The notes beneath the pieces were generated by a model. That model ran no database searches. It was not told the DNA's origin and saw only the letters and a program-made list of their open reading frames with translations. The position numbers and the translations under genes were made by a program. A stretch of 64,000 bases of DNA from an uncultured delta proteobacterium (lineage in GTDB: Bacteria > Desulfobacterota > Syntrophorhabdia > Syntrophorhabdales > WCHB1-27), in the NCBI GenBank assembly GCA_963810935.1, contig CAWEPK010000017.1:160001-224000 (forward strand). The letters run 5' to 3'. Shown in pieces: positions 28,452-36,869 of the stretch; the stretch's first letter is position 1; every line of letters begins with the position of its first letter.

Positions 28452-29652
28452 CTATATGATCGGCGGAAAGACCCCGGTCGGGTCAAGCTGCTCCTTGACA
28501 GGCCGCAGCACTAGCTGCTCGATGGTGCCGTTCACTCTCGGCCCCCACTTCGCAAGCAGCGTCCGGTTGAGATTCAAGGGGAGCTGCGAAGCCGTTTGCA
28601 GCCAGGCTCTTTGCCCCTTCGATGATCCGCTCGTCCGCCCCGTACACCAAGACTACGCCGTTCCCCGCAAAGAGTACGGTCTTCGCAGACCCTGCAAGCG
28701 CGGTCAGGCCGGCCAGCACGCGGGGCCCTTCCGAAATAGGCACCGTGACCTTTATCGCCATGGCCTCTCCCTGGGGCTCGATTGCAGCCCGGATCGCCTG
28801 CCGCATGGCCTCCCGGCCCATCTTCGCGTCCCCTTTGCCGCCGAAGTTGCCCGCCAACACCATAAGGTCCTTGTTCTCGCGCTCTACTGCGAGCGGATGG
28901 CCTTCGAATGCCGCCAGGACTTTGAAGCCGCTTTTTGCAGGCTCGACAGTCACAGCCGTGGGGACAAGCACCGACGACCGCAGCGCCTGGAGGAACTTCT
29001 CAAGCTCACTTAAGCCCGGGATTGCGACCTCACAGACCGAAGAGGCCTCGGGCAGCGGAAAGATGCGCATGACGGCAGCCGTGATGAGAGCGAGGCTGCC
29101 CGCCGAGCCAATGAGGAACTTCGTCATGTCGTATCCGGAGACGTTCTTGACCGTCTTGCCTCCGAAAGCTACTAAGGCCCCCTTCGCGTCGATGCCCCGC
29201 ACGCCCAGGGCCTGGTCGCGCACGGTGCCGTAACGGAGACGGCACGGGCCGCTCCCGTTCGCGGCAAAGACGCCTCCCATGGTAGCCCTGTTCGAGAACG
29301 GCGGATCGAGCGGAAGGAAGAAGCCCTTACCCTTGCCCGCCAGGACATCGTTGACGCTGTCTATCGTCGTTCCCGCGAGGACCACCATGTTAAGGTTGGA
29401 TATGTCCAATTCGTTGATGCCCGACATCCCCGTCATATCAAGTAAGATATCGACCCGCTCGGGCAGTGTGCCGGCCGATGGTGTGGTTGCGGCGCCCATA
29501 GGCAGTACGGTCAGCTTTTCCTTGAAGGCCCCGGCGAGTACCTGCTGCGCCTCGCTCTCCTTCGTAGGCCGCTCCACGTGCTTCGCGGCAACTCCAAGGG
29601 ACTCTACGGTCCGAAGGGGCGCGCCGTCATTGCTACCTGTCTGCTTGTCCAT
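28452..29652 (-). CDS. glcE: GlcE-like FAD-binding subunit; 1-nt frameshift at about 28578-28581
   Basis: LPLDPP, ATMGG, GPCRLRYG, GGKTVKNVSGYD, GSAGSL. Removing one C restores the C-terminus ...KWGP...LVLRPVKEQLDPTGVFPPII* with stop at 28452-28454, just before the glcF RBS. Confidence 0.82.
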
Positions 29653-31043
29653 CACGCCCTCGCCTCCTCTTTAGGTATGACCTTCCCAGGATTGCAGAGC
29701 GCCTTGGGGTCGATACCCTGCTTGACGCCGCGCATCATCCTGACATCGCCTTCCTTGAACACGAAAAACATCTCGCGGAGCTTCTCCGTACCGATGCCGT
29801 GCTCGCCGCTGATCGTGCCGCCTAAATCGGCGCAGACCTGCAATATCTCGCTTCCCGCCTTGTGCACGCGGGCAAGCTCGTCCGGGTCGCGGTCATCGAA
29901 CATGATGAGGGGGTGGAGGTTGCCGTCTCCCGCGTGGAAGACGTTGCCGATGGGCACGTTGTATTTCTTGCTTATCCTCTTGACCTCCGACAGCGCTTTA
30001 GGCAGCTCCGTGCGGGGCACGGTGCCGTCGCAGACGAGGTAGGCCGGCCTTACCCTGGCGACCGCGCCGAACGCGCCCCTGCGCCCTGCCCAGAGGATAT
30101 TGCGCTCGTTCGCGTCCTTCGCCAGCCTGTGGCTCGTCGCCCCGTCCTTCTCGCAGACCTCGCTGATCCGCTTCGCCTGCTCGTCCATGCCGTCGGTGAG
30201 GCCGTCGAGCTCGATAAGGAGGACCGCTTCGGCGTCGAGGGGATAGCCCGCGTGCACCGAATCCTCGACCGCCCTTATGACGGCGTTGTCCATGATCTCG
30301 AGCGTTGCGGGGATGATGCCCTCCGCTATGATGTCGGAAACAGTCTGTCCCGCCGCCTCGACGGAGTTATAGATGGCAAGCATCGTGACGACCCGCTCGG
30401 GGCTTTTCATGATGCGGCAGATAATTTTCGTGACGATCCCTAGCGTGCCTTCCGCGCCGACGAGAAGTCCCATCAGGTCGGGACCGGGCGCGTCGAGCGC
30501 CTTGCCGCCTATCCAGGTCACTTCCCCGTTCGGAAGCACGACCTCGGCGCCGAGCACGTGGTTGCTGGTCACGCCGTATTTAAGGCAATGGGGGCCCCCC
30601 GCGTTCTCGCCGAGGTTGCCCCCCATCGAGGCAGCCTTCTGGCTGGCGGGGTCCGGCGCGTAGTAGTAGCCCTTTTCTGCGAGGGCGGACTGGACCGTAA
30701 GATTATAGATACCCGGCTCCACCGTGATCCTCTCGTTTTCGAGGTCGATCTCCAGGATGTGGTTCATGCGCGCGAACTCTATGACGACGCCGCCGTCCAT
30801 GGGTACCGTGCCCCCGGTAAGGTTCGTACCGGAGCCTCGCGCAACGTAGCTCATCCCTTCCTTGTAAAGGAGCTTGACGATCTGCGCAACCTGGTCGACG
30901 TTGTCGACGAAGGCGACCATGCCCGCCCTCCCCTTGACCAGCCCTGCGTCGTAGCTGTAGACCGTCAGGTCGACGTCTTTCCAGAGGACGTTGTCTTTCC
31001 CCACGATGCGCTGCAGGGCGTCACGGACTTGCTCTTTCTCCAT
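29652..31043 (-). CDS. glcD: GlcD glycolate oxidase/dehydrogenase FAD subunit
   Basis: RGSGTNLTGG, YAPDPASQ, ENAGGPHCLKYGVT, FHAGDGNLHP, SGEHGIG, NPGKV. Confidence 0.92.
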   Translation of the reverse strand: MEKEQVRDALQRIVGKDNVLWKDVDLTVYSYDAGLVKGRAGMVAFVDNVDQVAQIVKLLYKEGMSYVARGSGTNLTGGTVPMDGGVVIEFARMNHILEIDLENERITVEPGIYNLTVQSALAEKGYYYAPDPASQKAASMGGNLGENAGGPHCLKYGVTSNHVLGAEVVLPNGEVTWIGGKALDAPGPDLMGLLVGAEGTLGIVTKIICRIMKSPERVVTMLAIYNSVEAAGQTVSDIIAEGIIPATLEIMDNAVIRAVEDSVHAGYPLDAEAVLLIELDGLTDGMDEQAKRISEVCEKDGATSHRLAKDANERNILWAGRRGAFGAVARVRPAYLVCDGTVPRTELPKALSEVKRISKKYNVPIGNVFHAGDGNLHPLIMFDDRDPDELARVHKAGSEILQVCADLGGTISGEHGIGTEKLREMFFVFKEGDVRMMRGVKQGIDPKALCNPGKVIPKEEARA

Positions 31044-31081
31044 AAATACCTCCCGTCTTTAGAGCATCCTCTTTCTATTCC

Positions 31082-34000
31082 CTAGCCCTTCGGGGACCAG
31101 GCAGCCAGATGCTTCAAGTACTTCCATCTTCTCGTGACCGCTTCTTCCGCTTGCTTCAGCAACTCAGCCGCCACCTGCGGATTGCTCCTTTTGAGCGACT
31201 TGAACCGGTTTTCCCTGTATAGAAACTCGGCATAGGGTATGCTCGGGTCCTGACAATCGAGGGTAACCGGGTTTTTGCCCTCATCCTCGAGCATCGGGTT
31301 ATAACGGAAGAGCGGCCAGTGGCCCGAGGCCACCGCCTTCTTTTGCTCCTCCAACCCGAGCGACATGTCATCGATGCCCTGGCCGATGCAGTGCGAGTAC
31401 GCGACGATCAATGAAGGCCCGTTGAAGGCCTCCGCCTCCTGGAAGGCCCTTACCGTCTGCGCCGGGTTTGCGGCGAACGCGACGTGGGCCACGTAGACGT
31501 GCCCGTACGGTATCATCATCGAGGCGATATTCTTCTTGGGCATATGCTTCCCGGCCGCCGCGAACTGCGCTACGGCGCCGAGCGGCGTCGATTTCGACAT
31601 TTGCCCGCCCGTATTGGAGTAAACTTCCGTATCGAGGATCAACAAATTGACGTTCTGGCCGGAGGCCATGACCTGATCGACCCCGCCGTAGCCGATATCG
31701 TATCCCCATCCGTCGCCGCCCAGGCCGAACACCGCCTTTTTTACGAGGTAATCGGCGAAGGAGGCGAGGTCGACCGCATCGGCCGACTTATCGGCGGCGA
31801 GCAGCTTCTTCAGCTCCTCCACACGGGCGCGCTGCTGCTCGATGCCGCCCTGGTTGGACTGATCGGCGCTCACGAGCGCCTCGAACAGTACAGCAGCCCC
31901 TGCGTACTTCTCCTGTTTGGAGAGGCGCTCAACGATCTCGCGGGCCTGCGCGTTGAACTTATCCACCGTCTGCCTCATGCCGAAGGCAAACTCCGCCGCA
32001 TCCTCGAACAGGGAGTTGGACCAGGCAGGGCCCCTCCCGTCAGCCCGCTTCGCATACGGCGTAGTCGGCAGGTTGCCTCCATAAATGGAGGAGCAGCCCG
32101 TAGCGTTGCCGACGAGGAGCCTGTCGCCGAAAAGCTGCGTGAGGAGCTTCACGTAAGGCGTCTCGCCGCAGCCCGCGCACGCGCCGCTATATTCGAAAAG
32201 CGGCCTCACGAACTGGCTCCCCTTTACGCTCATGCGGTTGTATCTGGCAGGGTCCGTGTCCGGCAGGTCGAGGAAGAACGCGTAGTTCTCCGCCTCCTGG
32301 CTGCGAAGCGGCTCCTGTAGGTGCATGTTGATGGCCTTTTCGCCGGTCTTGTTCCCTTCCGCGTCTTTTTTCTGCGCAGGGCACATATTGACGCAGAGCT
32401 TGCAGCCCGTGCAGTCTTCCGGTGCGACCTGCACGGTGAACTTAAGGCCTTTAAGCTCCTTGGCGCCCTTCGCATCGGCCGACTTGAACGTCCCCGGCGC
32501 GCCTTTAAGCAACTCCGGCTCGTAAGCCTTGATCCTGATCGAGGCGTGGGGACAAACGAAGGAGCACGAGCCGCACTGGATGCAGACATCCGGCTCCCAG
32601 ACAGGGATGTGCACCGCTATGTTCCGTTTCTCGTACTGGGTAGTCGCGGTAGGCCACGTGCCGTCGTCAGGCATCGCCGAGACCGGCAGCGAATCGCCCT
32701 TCCCTTCTATCATGACCGCTGTGACGTCCTTGACGAACGCCGGCGCGTAATCGGGGACCGGCGGGCGCATGTCCAGGCTTGACGTGGCTTTCGCAGGTAT
32801 CGGCACCTCAACCAGGTTTTGGAGGGCCGTATCGACTGCGGCGTAGTTCATTCGCAGGACCTCATCGCCCTTCTTGCCGTATGTCTTCAGTATTTCCTTC
32901 TTGATCGCCTTGACCGCCTCGTCCTTCCCGACGATGCCCGATATGACGAAGAAGGCCGTCTGCATGATCATGTTTATGCGGGCGCCCAGGCCGATTTCCT
33001 CGGCCAGAGAGATGGCGTCGATGATATAGAGGCGCATCTTCTTGGCTATAAGCTGTTTCTGGACGGCTGCGGGCAGGGCATCCCACACCTCGTCCTTGCC
33101 TTTAGCCGTCGTGAGCAGGAAGACGGCGCCTTCTTCCGCCTGGGCGAGCATGTCGTATTTTTCGAGGAACGTCTCGTTGTGGCAGGCAACGAAGTTCGCG
33201 TCCGACAGCAAATACGGGCTGCGTATCGCGTCCTTGCCGAACCGCAGGTGCGAGACCGTCATCGAGCCCGATTTCTTCGAATCGTAAGCGAAGTAGCCCT
33301 GCGCGTAATTCTCCGTCTCTCCGCCGATGATCTTGATCGTGTTCTTGTTGGCCCCGACCGTACCGTCCGCCCCGAGGCCGTAAAAGAGGGCGCGGAACGC
33401 CTTGTCGTGCAGCCTGAACGATTCGTCTACCGGCAGGCTCGCGCCGGTCACGTCATCGTTGATGCCTACCGTGAAATGGTTCTTCGGGGCAGCGGAAGAG
33501 AGGTTGTCGAAAACCGCCTTCACCATGGCAGGGGTGAAATCTTTGGAGCCGAGACCATAGCGGCCGCCTACGACCTTAGGATAGGAGCCCCAGTGCGCGA
33601 GGCCCGTATCATGCGCCTCGCCGAGCGCTGCCCGCACGTCGAGATAGAGCGGCTCGCCGATTGCGCCGGGCTCCTTCGTGCGGTCGAGGACCGCGATCGA
33701 TTTGACCGTCGAAGGCAGCGCCTTTGCAAAAGCCTCTACGTCGAACGGCCTGTAAAGAACGACCTGGAGAAGGCCTACCTTCTCGCCCGTGGCGTTGAGG
33801 GCATCGATCGTGGAGAGGACCGTTTCTCCGCCCGATGCCATGACGACGACGACACGCTCGGCGTCGGCCGGACCGAAGTAGTCGAAAAGCTTGTACCTGC
33901 GTCCCGTAAGACCGGCGAACTTCTCCATCGCCTTCTCTAATATGGCCGGGATCGCCAGGTAGTACTTGTTCACTGTCTCCCTTCCCTGAAAGTAAACATC

Positions 34001-34666
34001 GGGGTTCTGGGAGGTGCCGCGGATCATGGGACGGTCAGGGGTGAGACCCCTCTTCCGGTGGGCCATGATGAGCCCGTTGTCGATCATCGCCCGCATGTCG
34101 TCGAAGCTAAGCTCTTCGATCTTCTGGATCTCGTGAGACGTCCTGAAGCCGTCGAAAAAGTGGAGGAAAGGCACCCTCGCCTCGAAGGTGGCTGCCTGGG
34201 CGATAAGGGCAAAATCCATTGCCTCCTGTACGTTTTTCGACGCGAGCATCGCAAACCCGGTCTGGCGGACGGCCATTACGTCGCCGTGGTCCCCGAAGAT
34301 GGAAAGCGCCTGTGCGGCCAGCGCCCTCGCGGTAACGTGAAAAACCGTGGGTATCAGCTCGCCGGCAATCTTATACATGTTCGGGATGAAGAGAAGCAGC
34401 CCCTGTGAAGCGGTAATGGTGCTCGTCACGGCGCCTGTGGTCAGCGACCCATGGACGGCCCCTGCTGCCCCTGCTTCCGACTGCATCTGCCCTATCATCG
34501 GCACGGAGCCCCAGATGTTCTTCTGTCCCGCGGCCGATTTGGCGTCGCAAATCTCCGCTATGGGCGAAGAAGGCGTTATAGGGTAGATAGTGATGATCTC
34601 ATTTGTCGCATGGACAACGTGCGCGCATGCCGTACATCCGTCGACCGTTACCATTTTTCTGCTCAC
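31082..34666 (-). CDS. nifJ: Pyruvate:ferredoxin (flavodoxin) oxidoreductase, single-chain
   Basis: YPITPSS, QSEAGAAG, DGFRTSHE, GLGADGTVGANKN, YDSKKSG, CIQCGSCSFVCP, CTGCKLCVNMCP, ACAGCGE, GGDGWGYDIG, YSNTGGQ. Confidence 0.96.
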   Translation of the reverse strand: MSRKMVTVDGCTACAHVVHATNEIITIYPITPSSPIAEICDAKSAAGQKNIWGSVPMIGQMQSEAGAAGAVHGSLTTGAVTSTITASQGLLLFIPNMYKIAGELIPTVFHVTARALAAQALSIFGDHGDVMAVRQTGFAMLASKNVQEAMDFALIAQAATFEARVPFLHFFDGFRTSHEIQKIEELSFDDMRAMIDNGLIMAHRKRGLTPDRPMIRGTSQNPDVYFQGRETVNKYYLAIPAILEKAMEKFAGLTGRRYKLFDYFGPADAERVVVVMASGGETVLSTIDALNATGEKVGLLQVVLYRPFDVEAFAKALPSTVKSIAVLDRTKEPGAIGEPLYLDVRAALGEAHDTGLAHWGSYPKVVGGRYGLGSKDFTPAMVKAVFDNLSSAAPKNHFTVGINDDVTGASLPVDESFRLHDKAFRALFYGLGADGTVGANKNTIKIIGGETENYAQGYFAYDSKKSGSMTVSHLRFGKDAIRSPYLLSDANFVACHNETFLEKYDMLAQAEEGAVFLLTTAKGKDEVWDALPAAVQKQLIAKKMRLYIIDAISLAEEIGLGARINMIMQTAFFVISGIVGKDEAVKAIKKEILKTYGKKGDEVLRMNYAAVDTALQNLVEVPIPAKATSSLDMRPPVPDYAPAFVKDVTAVMIEGKGDSLPVSAMPDDGTWPTATTQYEKRNIAVHIPVWEPDVCIQCGSCSFVCPHASIRIKAYEPELLKGAPGTFKSADAKGAKELKGLKFTVQVAPEDCTGCKLCVNMCPAQKKDAEGNKTGEKAINMHLQEPLRSQEAENYAFFLDLPDTDPARYNRMSVKGSQFVRPLFEYSGACAGCGETPYVKLLTQLFGDRLLVGNATGCSSIYGGNLPTTPYAKRADGRGPAWSNSLFEDAAEFAFGMRQTVDKFNAQAREIVERLSKQEKYAGAAVLFEALVSADQSNQGGIEQQRARVEELKKLLAADKSADAVDLASFADYLVKKAVFGLGGDGWGYDIGYGGVDQVMASGQNVNLLILDTEVYSNTGGQMSKSTPLGAVAQFAAAGKHMPKKNIASMMIPYGHVYVAHVAFAANPAQTVRAFQEAEAFNGPSLIVAYSHCIGQGIDDMSLGLEEQKKAVASGHWPLFRYNPMLEDEGKNPVTLDCQDPSIPYAEFLYRENRFKSLKRSNPQVAAELLKQAEEAVTRRWKYLKHLAAWSPKG

Positions 34667-34702
34667 GGGTCCTTTCCTCCTGATACTGAAGTTTCAAAAC
34701 AG

Positions 34703-34742
34703 ACGGTGGGGTGCTCTCCCGAAAGAGGCGTACCCCACCGCT
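34703..34742. other. Intercistronic stem-loop between the lyase and PFOR genes
   Basis: CGGTGGGGT...ACCCCACCG stem with inner CTCT/AGAG pairing; no clear U-tract. Confidence 0.5.
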
Positions 34743-34758
34743 CTTTCGTCATATAGTT

Positions 34759-35655
34759 CTACTTGCCTTTGCGCGCCTTGTCAAAGGCTTCTATCTCGGC
34801 AAGGGTCAAAAGAATAGTCCTTGCGTTGTCGTAAACCGGCGTATCGACCATCTTGCCCTTATAGGAGACGGCCGCCTTACCCTTGGCGAGGCCCTCTTCC
34901 TCGAAGGTCTTGACTACGCCGCGCGCCCACTCCACGTCGTCGGGCGCCGGGGCATAGAGCCTGTTGGAGGGCTCGATCTGGCTCGGATGGATGAGCATCC
35001 TGCCCTCATAGCCCATCTGCCTGCCCTGCTGGACGCTCTTCTCGAAGCCTACCGTATCCTGGAATGCTACATACGGGCAGTCGATGGCGATCTTGCCGGC
35101 CGCCCTCGCTGCGCATGCGATATGGAAACGGGCATAAAGCTGCTCGTCGCCTTCGCTCGTGATCTTTACCCGCATATCCTTCGTATAGTCGACTGCGCCG
35201 AAGATGAGGGAGTTGACCCTGGGTGACGCCATGGCCGAATAATACGCGTTGATGGCGCCTTTCGCCGTCTCGCAGAGAAGCTGGATGGCGACGGTGCCGA
35301 CGGGGATGCCGCGCCGTCTTTCGAGCTCTTCGAGCTTCCAGTCGAGGCGTTTCACGTCGTCCGGGTGGCCGGCCTTCGCGAGGCAGACGCCTGAGAGGCC
35401 CGGGTGGACGATGGCTTCGAGGTCATCGTTGGTCATCAGGGTTTCCCAGTTGTTGATGCGAGAATAGACCACCGAGCCGCCCGATCCGGCCAGCTTCAAG
35501 TTTTGCCGGACCAGCTCACGCGCTTTTTCCTTCTCGGCCGGGGGGACGGAATCCTCGAGGTCGAGGGTAACGATGTCAGCCGGCAGCGAAGGCGCTTTGT
35601 CGATAAAGCTCTGGTTGTTTCCCGGAACGTAAAACACCGATCTCATTACAGGCAT
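34759..35655 (-). CDS. CitE/HpcH-family acyl-CoA lyase (malyl-/citramalyl-/citryl-CoA lyase-like)
   Basis: RSVFYVPG, LDLEDSV, RIN, ETAKG, FGAVDY, IHPSQI, GKMVDTP. Confidence 0.88.
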   Translation of the reverse strand: MPVMRSVFYVPGNNQSFIDKAPSLPADIVTLDLEDSVPPAEKEKARELVRQNLKLAGSGGSVVYSRINNWETLMTNDDLEAIVHPGLSGVCLAKAGHPDDVKRLDWKLEELERRRGIPVGTVAIQLLCETAKGAINAYYSAMASPRVNSLIFGAVDYTKDMRVKITSEGDEQLYARFHIACAARAAGKIAIDCPYVAFQDTVGFEKSVQQGRQMGYEGRMLIHPSQIEPSNRLYAPAPDDVEWARGVVKTFEEEGLAKGKAAVSYKGKMVDTPVYDNARTILLTLAEIEAFDKARKGK

Positions 35656-35666
35656 GTCGTACCTCC

Positions 35667-36566
35667 TTAGTGGTTTTCGATTAACCGTTTAATCGTGGGC
35701 GCCAGCTCGTCGGGCCGGTCGACCACGTGCACTCCCGCTTCCTTGAGTGACTCCACCTTGCTCTTCGCGGAGCCTTTACCCCTTTCGATGATGCTGCTCG
35801 CGTGGGAGAAACGCATCCCTTCCGGCGCCCATGCGCCCGCCACGAAGATTACGAGGGGCTTGGTGAACTGGCCCTTCCGGACGCAGTCGGCAGCCTCTTC
35901 CTCATGGGGCCCGCCTATCTCGCCGAAGACGGCCACGCCCTTCGTTTCGGCGTCCTTCTCGAAAAGGGGCAGTATCTCCCCCATCGATATGCCGGTCACG
36001 GGCTCGGTGCCTACGTGGACGACCGTGCTCATGCCGAGGCCGGCGCAGTTAAGCGCCCACGGCACCGTCGCCGACTGGCCGCCGCTTCTCGAAATAACGC
36101 CGACCGGGCCGGGTATGAAGACTTTCCGCGCAAAATCCGGGGTCCCGCCCAGCCAGCCTGCCGCCGCTATGCCCGGGCTGATGATGCCTATGGAGCCGGG
36201 GCCTAAGATGCGGGCGCCGTTCAGCTTCGCGTAGGCCACCATCTCCATAATGTCGTACAGGGGGACGCGCTCGACGGGGCTGACAATAAACTTGATCCCC
36301 GAATCGATCGCCTCGTAGACTGCGTCCTTGAGGCCGGGGCCGGGTACGAAGGTGACGCTCGCGGCGATAGGGCCTTTGGCACGGACCGCCTCCGCCACCG
36401 TGTTATAGACCGGAATGCCGGAGACTTCCTCGCCTCCCCTGCCGGGTGTTACCCCTGCCAGGACTTTCGTCCCATATCCCTTCATGAAAGCGGCGCGGGC
36501 AGACCCCTCTCGACCGGTGATCCCTTGCACCACAATCGTCGTATCTTTCGTCAAAAGAATTGCCAT
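35667..36566 (-). CDS. Divergent ADP-forming acyl-CoA synthetase alpha subunit (SucD/MtkB-like)
   Basis: VQGITGREG, GVTPG, SRSG, GEIGG, phospho-His loop RFSHASSII. Confidence 0.88.
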   Translation of the reverse strand: MAILLTKDTTIVVQGITGREGSARAAFMKGYGTKVLAGVTPGRGGEEVSGIPVYNTVAEAVRAKGPIAASVTFVPGPGLKDAVYEAIDSGIKFIVSPVERVPLYDIMEMVAYAKLNGARILGPGSIGIISPGIAAAGWLGGTPDFARKVFIPGPVGVISRSGGQSATVPWALNCAGLGMSTVVHVGTEPVTGISMGEILPLFEKDAETKGVAVFGEIGGPHEEEAADCVRKGQFTKPLVIFVAGAWAPEGMRFSHASSIIERGKGSAKSKVESLKEAGVHVVDRPDELAPTIKRLIENH

Positions 36567-36584
36567 ATGCTCACCGCCTTTTCG

Positions 36585-36869
36585 TTATGCTATTCCGCGT
36601 TTCTTCTTGTACTCTTCCAGGCCGGGGATCGGCGCCTCTATGTTAATGGCGCTGTTGCCCCGGAACCAACACTCATACTCGCACGCAAGGCACTCGGTGC
36701 CGCGGAGCTTCGCGAATTCCGCGTCGCCCCCAAGGGCCGGCTTGCCGTCCTTCAACACCAGGATGCCCCTTGCGAATTTCTTGCACGCGTCAACGCATGC
36801 GTGCGTCTTGCACCCAAGGCACTTCTCGTCATCTATAATGACCTTGATGGTCCTCTCGTCGAACTCCAT
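36585..36869 (-). CDS. Small ferredoxin-like protein (7 Cys)
   Basis: CLGCKTHACVDAC and GTECLACEYEC; RBS AGGAGG; ATG abuts the upstream TAG. Confidence 0.8.
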   Translation of the reverse strand: MEFDERTIKVIIDDEKCLGCKTHACVDACKKFARGILVLKDGKPALGGDAEFAKLRGTECLACEYECWFRGNSAINIEAPIPGLEEYKKKRGIA

